A stretch of DNA of 64,000 bases from contig OZ245755.1 in NCBI GenBank assembly GCA_965227345.1, positions 286,527 to 350,526 of the forward strand. Direction: 5' to 3'. A model generated the notes under the pieces. It ran no database searches. It saw nothing but the letters and a program-made list of their open reading frames with translations, and had not been told where the DNA came from. Position numbers and translations under genes: made by a program. The DNA is from Sphingomonadales bacterium. GTDB taxonomy: Bacteria > Pseudomonadota > Alphaproteobacteria > Sphingomonadales > G965227345. This document shows positions 56,876 through 64,000 of the stretch, piece after piece. Each line of letters starts with the position of its first letter. Position 1 is the first letter of the stretch.

Positions 56876-58708
56876 TTACAGTCCTGCGTAGGTGGCAATC
56901 CAGTATGTCGCACCGGCTGCCAAATACGCCGCAACGAATAAATAAACCACCATAAATGTGGTCCAGGCCCAGGAGTTTGTCTCGCGACGCGCTGTGGCAA
57001 TTGTTGCAAAACACTGGGGGGCAAAGACATACCATGCCAGAAACGCCAGGGCCGTTGGCATTGACCAGGCCGATTGAAGCACGGCTGCCAGCCCGTCAAT
57101 ATTTTCTTCGGCAGAATCAATCGCATAAACAGTTCCCAAGGCACCAACAGCCACTTCGCGTGCGGCCATACCAGGAATAAGTGCGATGGCAATTTCCAGA
57201 TTGAACCCTATGGGGGCCAGAACAGGCTCAAGCAAACTGCCGATGCGCCCGGCAAAGCTCTCGCGCAATGATGTTGCTGACCGGGGATAACTGGCAAGGA
57301 ACCATAATATAACGGATGTTGCAAAAATGATGGTACCGGCGCGCTTTAAAAATGCCGCTGCCCGCGCCCAAAGACCCAGGAAAAAATCACGGGCACGAGG
57401 CAGTTTATAGGTTGGAAGTTCCATGGTCAGGAACTGGGCGCGCCCCTTGGTCAAGGTCCGTTTTAAAAGAGATGCCATGGCAATGGCACTGACGACCCCT
57501 GCCAAATACAACCCGAACAGAACCAGCCCCTGCTGATTGAAGGGCCCGACGTTGTCCGGACGGATAAAGGCACCGATAATCAGTGTATATACCGGCAGGC
57601 GCGCAGAACAGGTCATCAATGGCGCAACCAGAATTGTGGTCAGCCGGTCCCGTTCATTTTCGATGGTACGTGCCGCCATAATACCCGGAATCGCACAGGC
57701 AAAACTGGACAGCAGCGGAATAAATGCCCGACCGTTTAATCCAACGCGCAACATCAGTTCGTCCATCAGAAAGGCGGCGCGCGCCATATAACCCGACGCT
57801 TCAAGCGCCAGTATAAAGGCAAACAGAATGATAATCTGCGGCAAGAACACAATGACGCTGCCCACGCCGGCAATCACGCCATCAATGAGCAGGCTGCGTA
57901 ACCAGATATCGGGAAGCATGGCCCCGATATAATCCCCCAGCGCCCCGGCCCCGCCTTCGATCATCTCCATAGGCCATGCCGACCAGGCATAAACGGCCTG
58001 AAACATGAAGAAAAGAATACCTGCAAGGACCAGCGGGCCCATAACATGGTTCAGCACCACACCATCAATGGCCCGGGTCAGCCTGTTCATCGGCGCGTCG
58101 CTCAAAACAACCCGTTTAATGATGTTGCGCGCCTCACGTTGCAGCGAAGATAACTCACCCGCAATCTCTTGAATCGGCGAGCTCGACCGGGCAAAGTCCG
58201 CCAGCTCGGCGTCAAGACGCGACAGTAGTGCTTCCCGGCCCCTGGCACGTGGTGCACATGTGGCAACAACAGGCACACCAAGCGCATCCTCCAGCGCGGG
58301 CACATCAAGTACAAGCCCGTCACGTTCCGCCAGATCAATCATGTTCAGTGCAACAATCATCGGCAGACCAAGTGATTTGAGCTGCAATACAGAATGCAGA
58401 TGTGTTCTCAAATTGGCGGCATCGATCACAACAATCATCATGTCAGGTCGAGACTGGTTTGCTATTTTCCCGGCCAACACATCATGCGTGACGCGCTCAT
58501 CCATCGACCTAGCCGACAAGCCGTAAACACCCGGCAGGTCAATCAGCTGAATTGACTGGCCATCCGGTGTCGTAAATTTCCCGATTTTGGATTCAACCGT
58601 TACCCCGGGATAGTTGGCAACTTTAGCCCGCCCGCCAGTCAACCCGTTAAAAAGTGTCGTCTTGCCCGCATTTGGGGCACCAACAAGTGCGATCCGAAAA
58701 TTTGTCAT
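56876..58708 (-). CDS. feoB: Ferrous iron transporter FeoB
   Basis: N-terminal G domain (GAPNAGKTTLFN, DLPG) followed by the polytopic nucleoside-recognition/gate domains. Confidence 0.95.
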   Translation of the reverse strand: MTNFRIALVGAPNAGKTTLFNGLTGGRAKVANYPGVTVESKIGKFTTPDGQSIQLIDLPGVYGLSARSMDERVTHDVLAGKIANQSRPDMMIVVIDAANLRTHLHSVLQLKSLGLPMIVALNMIDLAERDGLVLDVPALEDALGVPVVATCAPRARGREALLSRLDAELADFARSSSPIQEIAGELSSLQREARNIIKRVVLSDAPMNRLTRAIDGVVLNHVMGPLVLAGILFFMFQAVYAWSAWPMEMIEGGAGALGDYIGAMLPDIWLRSLLIDGVIAGVGSVIVFLPQIIILFAFILALEASGYMARAAFLMDELMLRVGLNGRAFIPLLSSFACAIPGIMAARTIENERDRLTTILVAPLMTCSARLPVYTLIIGAFIRPDNVGPFNQQGLVLFGLYLAGVVSAIAMASLLKRTLTKGRAQFLTMELPTYKLPRARDFFLGLWARAAAFLKRAGTIIFATSVILWFLASYPRSATSLRESFAGRIGSLLEPVLAPIGFNLEIAIALIPGMAAREVAVGALGTVYAIDSAEENIDGLAAVLQSAWSMPTALAFLAWYVFAPQCFATIATARRETNSWAWTTFMVVYLFVAAYLAAGATYWIATYAGL

Positions 58709-58947
58709 GATACAATCTGAACATCTATACTGGCAGCTTCATCGCGCCGCAGGGCAACCATCATACGATTAAGGCGAACTGAAATGGGCGACTTCCCCAG
58801 GGGCCCATGGTGCAGCACTTCGACCTCATCCTGTTCCGCAAAGCCGATTTCCCGCAAAACAGACTGAAGGCGCTCATCCCCTGTAATTCGGATAATGGTC
58901 CCCACCTGACCCGGCTGTAGTTCGTCTAATGTCAATTTAATCTCCAT
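58705..58947 (-). CDS. feoA: Ferrous iron transport protein FeoA
   Basis: Small SH3-like protein (LDELQPGQ ... I..I ... L.E.GF..G.EV). 4-nt overlap with feoB. ATG 58947 preferred over TTG 58959. Confidence 0.85.
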   Translation of the reverse strand: MEIKLTLDELQPGQVGTIIRITGDERLQSVLREIGFAEQDEVEVLHHGPLGKSPISVRLNRMMVALRRDEAASIDVQIVS

Positions 58948-59042
58948 GAAGCCCCGCAAATTGTGCGAATGCTTCTCAGTTTCACTGTATGCGTATCACT
59001 AAACTGGCTGTTTACAAAACGAAAACTGCTTAAAGAATTATA

Positions 59043-59456
59043 TTAATGGGCTCTGGTCCTAAGCTTCTTGATCGTGCTCCGGCGCTTTTTGGTTTCAAGA
59101 CGACGTTGTTTGGACCCCAGCGTCGGACGGGTCGGTCGGCGTTTACGTTGCGGGGTGGCAGCGGTCCGGATCAAATCAATCAGGCGGTCAAGCGCATCTG
59201 CCCTGTTGCGTTCCTGACTGCGATAGCGATTGGCTTCGATAATGAGCACACCATCTTTGGTCATCCGGCGGCCTGCCAGTACGCCCAATCTGTGACGCAC
59301 ATTTTCAGTTAAAGCCTCGCAATGGGCGGCATCAAACCGCAACTGGACCGCGGTTTCAACCTTGTTGACATTCTGACCTCCCGGCCCGGGAGCTCTTGTA
59401 AATTGCTCGTCGAGATCAGAATCAGACAGGAAAATTGTAGGCGTTACCCGGATCAT
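59043..59456 (-). CDS. arfB: Alternative ribosome-rescue factor ArfB (YaeJ; peptidyl-tRNA hydrolase)
   Basis: GGQ motif in GPGGQNVNKVETAV and a basic C-terminal tail (KRRPTRPT ... KKRRSTIKKLR). 137 aa. Confidence 0.9.
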   Translation of the reverse strand: MIRVTPTIFLSDSDLDEQFTRAPGPGGQNVNKVETAVQLRFDAAHCEALTENVRHRLGVLAGRRMTKDGVLIIEANRYRSQERNRADALDRLIDLIRTAATPQRKRRPTRPTLGSKQRRLETKKRRSTIKKLRTRAH

Positions 59457-59488
59457 GGAAACAAAAAGTCCAGCAAGAATTCAGGCAA

Positions 59489-60595
59489 TCATCTGTGATT
59501 TGGCCTGCAAGCTATTATGTTAACCAGCCAGCCGCAAAAATACCAGATCCCAATTGTCAGGATTGCAGCCAGATAGCCATCAACGGCATAATGCCAGCCC
59601 AGGTGCACCGATCCGATCTGAATGACAATTGCATATATCACCATAACCCAGCCAAACCAGCGCGCAATGCGAAAACCGCCCAGCGCCATGAGAACAGCGA
59701 CCGAGACATGCATGCTGGGCATGGCAGAAATGCCGCTGCCCAAGACAACGGACTCGTCAGAATAATTGACCCAAAGCCTTTGTTGAATCTCGATGGACCA
59801 GATTTTCCAGTATGATCCGGCTTCTACAAAAGGTGCGTTCAGGGCATCCAGCCTGTTCATAAGCGCAGAATAGGGGTTTGCCTCGCCGGGCAGCACAGCG
59901 TCATAATAGCAAGGACCAGCCGACGACAGGAGAAGGGCAAAAAGCGACCCGATAACGGCCCAGCACAGAATGAACGAGGTCAGATACCGGGCGCGCTCAA
60001 TCGGGGCATTAACCCTGAGCATCTGCCAGTAGACAAAGCCCCACATGATAAAAAACCACGCATTATAAGCAAAATTAATTGCCATTGTCGCAGTACTTGA
60101 CCCAAACAGGGCATGTGTTATGCGCCAGGGGTCGACGCCACCGTGCAACACCCGATCCAGTTGCCAGAACATCACGTCAAACGAAAACGGGTGAACCGCC
60201 GGGATCATGCTTTTAAAAGACGTAAACATGGACATGAAAACGGGCAAGGCCAAAAACGGGACGATGATGGTTAAAATCACCACCGGGTTCATCAGGTAGG
60301 TTCTAATATCCTGAACAATCAGAGTCAGCGGCCGGGCCGGGCGCCGAATAAACAGCAGATGAAAGGTATATCCAACGAGGAACACTGTCCCGGCAAGACC
60401 TGCCGTTAACCGGGCCAATTCACTATACAGGCGAAACCGAAGATGTTGTTCCAGACCCCAGACCATGGCCACGACATTCACAGCCAATGCATACAGGACA
60501 ACAATGGCAACAATCGCCAGATTCAGGCGGAAGCCCGGACGCTTCAGAAATCCACTGAGCTCAAAGCGGCGCAAGGCCATTTGCAACGCGGTCAT
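59489..60595 (-). CDS. PAP2-superfamily (PAP2_3 / lipid phosphotransferase-like) integral membrane protein
   Basis: Polytopic membrane protein with PSMH (C2-like) and HYAVDG (C3-like H-x3-D) motifs near the C-terminus. Confidence 0.5.
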   Translation of the reverse strand: MTALQMALRRFELSGFLKRPGFRLNLAIVAIVVLYALAVNVVAMVWGLEQHLRFRLYSELARLTAGLAGTVFLVGYTFHLLFIRRPARPLTLIVQDIRTYLMNPVVILTIIVPFLALPVFMSMFTSFKSMIPAVHPFSFDVMFWQLDRVLHGGVDPWRITHALFGSSTATMAINFAYNAWFFIMWGFVYWQMLRVNAPIERARYLTSFILCWAVIGSLFALLLSSAGPCYYDAVLPGEANPYSALMNRLDALNAPFVEAGSYWKIWSIEIQQRLWVNYSDESVVLGSGISAMPSMHVSVAVLMALGGFRIARWFGWVMVIYAIVIQIGSVHLGWHYAVDGYLAAILTIGIWYFCGWLVNIIACRPNHR

Positions 60596-60771
60596 ACTTT
60601 TTCCGGTATTCTATATCTACAGATTGCCGGTTAATATAACGGAAAATTTGTTAACATATTCTTGTCGCAATCCCCCGCCCATACCCTGCATCGTTCAAAC
60701 AAGCTGTAGGCACGATGATCCTGATTTGGTATGACTTCATGATCCAGGATGACCTTCAGTCAGGAGAAACC

Positions 60772-62502
60772 ATGCGTCCCCAAAAATTAGTCTGCACCAT
60801 TCTTGCGCTCGTATTTTTCGCCGTGGCGACCATATCGGCACAGGCGCAGGAAGCCGCAATCATCGATCTGGATGCCATTCACCATCCCGCGATTGCACGT
60901 CATGGGATGGTGGTGTCACAAGAGGCACTCGCAAGCCGGGTCGGCGTTGACATCCTGAAGGCGGGGGGCAATGCCGTTGATGCAGCAGTTGCGGCAGGAT
61001 TTGCCCTGAGTGCAACCCTGCCCCGCGCCGGCAATATTGGCGGCGGCGGCTTTATGCTTGTGCATCTGCAAGAGCAGAACAAGACAATCGCCATAGACTA
61101 TCGGGAAACGGCCCCTGCGGCAGCACACGAAAAACTTTTTCAGGATGAACAGGGAAATGTCATACCCGGGAAATCGCGCTTCAGCCATGCCTCATCCGGT
61201 GTCCCGGGGACTGTAGCCGGGCTCACCATGGTTCTGGAAAAATATGGCACGATGTCTTTAAAAGATGTTATGGCACCGGCAATAAGCCTTGCAGAAAAAG
61301 GATTTGTCGTTACGGACGACTTTTACAACGTGGTCACAAAACGGGGCGAACGACTGAAAGGCAATCCGGCATCACGCGCAAAATTTTTTCATAAGGATGG
61401 CTCCCGCTATCAGGTCGGCGACATATTCAGACAAAAAGACCTGGCCAGATCGCTAAAACTTGTCGCGAGGCATGGGGCAAAAGCGTTTTACGAAGGTGAA
61501 ATTGCCGAAAGAATAGCCGCTGACATGGCAAGGAACGGCGGCCTCATTACCCTGGCTGACCTCAAAAACTATCGGGCCATCGAACGTGAACCGCTGCAGG
61601 GCGAATACCATGGCTATCGCATTGCAACGATGCCTCCTCCCAGCTCGGGAGGCGTCCATATTTTACAAATGTTGAATATTCTGGATCATTTTCCCCTAAA
61701 GGACTGGGGCTTTGGCAGTGCGAATACAATTCACATTATGGCAGAAACCATGAAGCTCGCCTATGCGGACCGTAGTAAATACCTCGGCGATCCGGATTAT
61801 TTCAAAGTCCCGGTCAAGGGCCTTGTATCACCCGATTATGCCGCCATACTGGCAAAATCTATCGACCTTAAACACGCCCGCCCGTCGTCGGAAATAGCAC
61901 CCGGTACCCCGCATCGTTATGAAAGCCCGAACACGACCCATTTTTCCGTAATGGATTCGCACGGCAATGCGGTCGCCAACACCTATACCCTGAATTTCAG
62001 CTTTGGATCCGGCATAACAATACCCGGCACGGGCATCCTCATGAATAACGAGATGGACGATTTCTCTTCCAAGCCCGGTGTTGCCAATGCGTTTGGATTA
62101 CTGGGCGGGGAAGCCAACAAGATCGAAGGAGGGAAACGCCCCTTAAGTTCCATGACTCCAACCATTGCGTTTCACAATGACAAGCCATTTCTGGTCACGG
62201 GCAGCCCCGGTGGCAGCACCATTATAACAATCGTGCTGCAGACCCTGATCAACGTGATTGATCACAACATGAATATTGCAGACGCCGCAGCGGCACCGCG
62301 TATACATCATCAATGGTACCCGGATCAGATATACATGGAGCCGGGCTTCAGCCCTGATACCATCAATATTTTGAAATCGAGGGGGCACCATATCGGAACA
62401 GGCCGTGTTATGGGCGCTACCCAGTCTGTCATGTGGATGGATGGCATATATTACGGTGCAGCCGACCCGCGCCGTCCCGCATCAGAAGCGGCAGGCTATT
62501 GA
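60772..62502 (+). CDS. ggt: Gamma-glutamyltransferase
   Basis: AGGAGA Shine-Dalgarno before ATG 60772 and a signal peptide. GGGGFM, the autoprocessing Thr context (ESPNTTHFSV) and GSPGGS are present. Confidence 0.95.
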   Translation: MRPQKLVCTILALVFFAVATISAQAQEAAIIDLDAIHHPAIARHGMVVSQEALASRVGVDILKAGGNAVDAAVAAGFALSATLPRAGNIGGGGFMLVHLQEQNKTIAIDYRETAPAAAHEKLFQDEQGNVIPGKSRFSHASSGVPGTVAGLTMVLEKYGTMSLKDVMAPAISLAEKGFVVTDDFYNVVTKRGERLKGNPASRAKFFHKDGSRYQVGDIFRQKDLARSLKLVARHGAKAFYEGEIAERIAADMARNGGLITLADLKNYRAIEREPLQGEYHGYRIATMPPPSSGGVHILQMLNILDHFPLKDWGFGSANTIHIMAETMKLAYADRSKYLGDPDYFKVPVKGLVSPDYAAILAKSIDLKHARPSSEIAPGTPHRYESPNTTHFSVMDSHGNAVANTYTLNFSFGSGITIPGTGILMNNEMDDFSSKPGVANAFGLLGGEANKIEGGKRPLSSMTPTIAFHNDKPFLVTGSPGGSTIITIVLQTLINVIDHNMNIADAAAAPRIHHQWYPDQIYMEPGFSPDTINILKSRGHHIGTGRVMGATQSVMWMDGIYYGAADPRRPASEAAGY

Positions 62503-62523
62503 AAATGTTTTTTCGGCACCAGA

Positions 62524-62745
62524 TCAGGCCAGACGTCCAACTTTGGGCCAGATCGTAATCATATAGGAAATCGCACCGCCAAGAATGGCCCCAATCATGC
62601 CATATACCGGCAATGAGGAGCCGGGTGCTCCCATGAGTGCAGCCGTGGTACCGACCCACGTCGTCCCGATAAAGGCTGCAATAAATGAAAGACAAAGCAT
62701 CTTGAGCAATGCTTTCGTCCTTTCTGAAATAATATATTTAGGCAT
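62524..62745 (-). CDS. Small Gly-rich hydrophobic membrane protein (family uncertain)
   Basis: Two predicted TM segments with Gly-zipper-like sequence (GMIGAILGGAISYMI). The internal Met at 62700 is a possible start. No confident family assignment. Confidence 0.3.
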   Translation of the reverse strand: MPKYIISERTKALLKMLCLSFIAAFIGTTWVGTTAALMGAPGSSLPVYGMIGAILGGAISYMITIWPKVGRLA

Positions 62746-63062
62746 CGCCGTACCCCCGTGCTTAATGTGACTGTTAACATGTTACTGTTTAACGCAGGAC
62801 GCATTGTGACTGATGAGTGTGACGCTTTATTGGCTCGAATATGGCCATCATGTGTTTGTTTTGTGTCATCCGACCGCAGGCAGATGTAAAGCGTAAAAAT
62901 TCTAGCATTAATCGAGGGTGCACAGCCAGTATTTTAACCATTTATTGGCGTGTTGATGCTAAACCGGAAACAGGGAATATTTGGGAATCCGACACGCACC
63001 ACAATACTTGTACGTTGCCGTAACCGAATGACATAAATCTGGTATCTGTCAAGGCATCGCCC

Positions 63063-63638
63063 ATGAACGCATCTTCAGAAAAAACTGTCGGATCCACCAA
63101 ATCCGGGTCCCTTTACGAGAGCCTTCAGCCCGAATTTTTGAAAAACCTCCAAACGACTCGGGTGCGCCTGAATATTCTTTTTGGGGCCGTCACAATCTGC
63201 GGCATCATTCCTCTGGTCATGTTTGGCGACCGAATACTGGCAGGTTTTATCGCCTGCCTTGCCCTGTTGATGATGCTACTCTCGCAAAAGGCATTTCTGG
63301 CCGCAGATCTGGCCAAAACGCATATAGATACTGTAGTAGACGCTGTTTCAGACGCAATGATCGTTTTTGATGAGAACGGTCAAATCCTGTCGGCAAACCG
63401 GGCTGCCGCGCGTCTTTTCGCGCTGAAGAGATCCGGGATGCAGGGAGAAAAAATATCAAAAATTCTTGATCTGGACGCGAATAAAATCACTGCGTCCGGC
63501 AGGATAACCACAACATTGAAACACCAGGGAGGCGGCCCCGTTACCATCACACTTTCCACTTACCCGTTCAAAGACGATTATTCAGAACGGATCCTTGCCG
63601 TTGTCCAAAAAGTGCCGAACGCCGCGATATTGGAATAA
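63063..63638 (+). CDS. Membrane-anchored PAS-domain protein without a recognisable output domain
   Basis: Two N-terminal TM helices, then a PAS-like core (AVSDAMIVFDENGQILSANRAAARLF ... G ... I). Confidence 0.55.
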   Translation: MNASSEKTVGSTKSGSLYESLQPEFLKNLQTTRVRLNILFGAVTICGIIPLVMFGDRILAGFIACLALLMMLLSQKAFLAADLAKTHIDTVVDAVSDAMIVFDENGQILSANRAAARLFALKRSGMQGEKISKILDLDANKITASGRITTTLKHQGGGPVTITLSTYPFKDDYSERILAVVQKVPNAAILE

Positions 63639-63680
63639 ATAATCCCCTGCCATTAAACAACAGGGCCAGACCGATGTTCT

Positions 63681-64000
63681 TTACATCGCCTGAAACCCGG
63701 CAGCACTGAACGTCACCAGACGGTCAATAACGGCATCGGCATTGTCACACGCAAGACTTTGATTGCTCAGCACCCTTAACCGCTCAAGATGGTTTATGGT
63801 GAAATGCATGGTCCCCAGGGTAAAATGCAATCGCCATGCCACATCTTCTTCTGACAAGTCAGGCAAGGCTTCACACAAAGCCGACACGAATCGCTTCAGG
63901 TGCCCGATTTCCTGATTGAAAATTTCCTTCAGTTCAGGGTTATCTTCCTGTTCTGCACGTGCCAGAAACTGTATAAATACAGAAAAGCCCTGTTCCTTGT
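63681..64000 (-). CDS. Probable TetR/AcrR-family regulator, C-terminal ligand-binding part (5' end lies outside the window)
   Basis: The frame stays open from 63681 to the window edge (... KEQGFSVFIQFLARAEQEDNPELKEIF ...). It is an all-helical, TetR_C-like sequence, and the HTH is not visible here. Confidence 0.4.
   Translation of the reverse strand, partial: KEQGFSVFIQFLARAEQEDNPELKEIFNQEIGHLKRFVSALCEALPDLSEEDVAWRLHFTLGTMHFTINHLERLRVLSNQSLACDNADAVIDRLVTFSAAGFQAM

Noticed and set aside
58948-59042. A Fur/iron box upstream of feoA.
   Set aside because: Only a weak resemblance (GAGAAGCATTCGCACAATT) to the GATAATGATAATCATTATC consensus. Alphaproteobacterial iron regulators differ, so there is no support without a matrix scan.
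1-64000. CRISPR arrays, IS elements or transposases, prophage genes, toxin-antitoxin pairs and recognisable defence systems.
   Set aside because: No regularly spaced repeats were seen. No translations in the ORF track show transposase, integrase, nuclease-helicase or phage structural signatures.

Overview
All calls below come from reading the supplied translations and the DNA by eye. No BLAST or HMM search was run, and family names are motif-level recognitions. The window looks like an alphaproteobacterial chromosome segment, judging by the pstSCAB-phoU-phoB order, an NDUFS4-like gene and an fdsGBACD operon; this guess has low confidence. Left edge (1-5356): 3' end of pstS, then pstC, pstA, pstB, phoU and phoB. 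Accessory core (about 5.7-38.7 kb): a large XrtA/PEP-CTERM exopolysaccharide locus. It starts with a roughly 12.7-kb minus-strand operon: chain-length determinant, tyrosine autokinase, outer-membrane barrel, ExeA-like ATPase, deacetylase, FemAB-like protein, glycosyltransferase, XrtA fused to EpsI, AsnB-type amidotransferase and a trypsin-like protease. A Wza-like exporter follows. Next comes a carrier-protein tailoring module of unknown chemistry: an adenylating ligase, a PLP decarboxylase and a Cys-less AsnB paralogue, transcribed divergently from ACP, a GNAT-like protein, a second ACP and two alpha/beta-hydrolases. The locus ends with a WalW-like protein, an O-antigen-ligase-like protein, wecB, two tandem TagF-like paralogues, two glycosyltransferases (one frameshifted) and a secreted C-type-lectin-like protein. 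Right part (38.7-64 kb): phnA, tRNA-Arg(TCT), an NDUFS4-like gene, one PEP-CTERM cargo gene behind a near-consensus sigma-54 promoter, cbpA-cbpM, a PQQ sugar dehydrogenase, a type III PKS with an ICMT-like methyltransferase, fdsGBACD, a LysR regulator, a GNAT, a group III truncated haemoglobin, pyc, feoAB, arfB, a PAP2-like membrane protein, ggt, a PAS protein and a partial TetR gene. No CRISPR array, transposase or integrase was seen. The best candidate for an uncharacterised system is the XrtA-linked ACP module at 20.0-28.2 kb.
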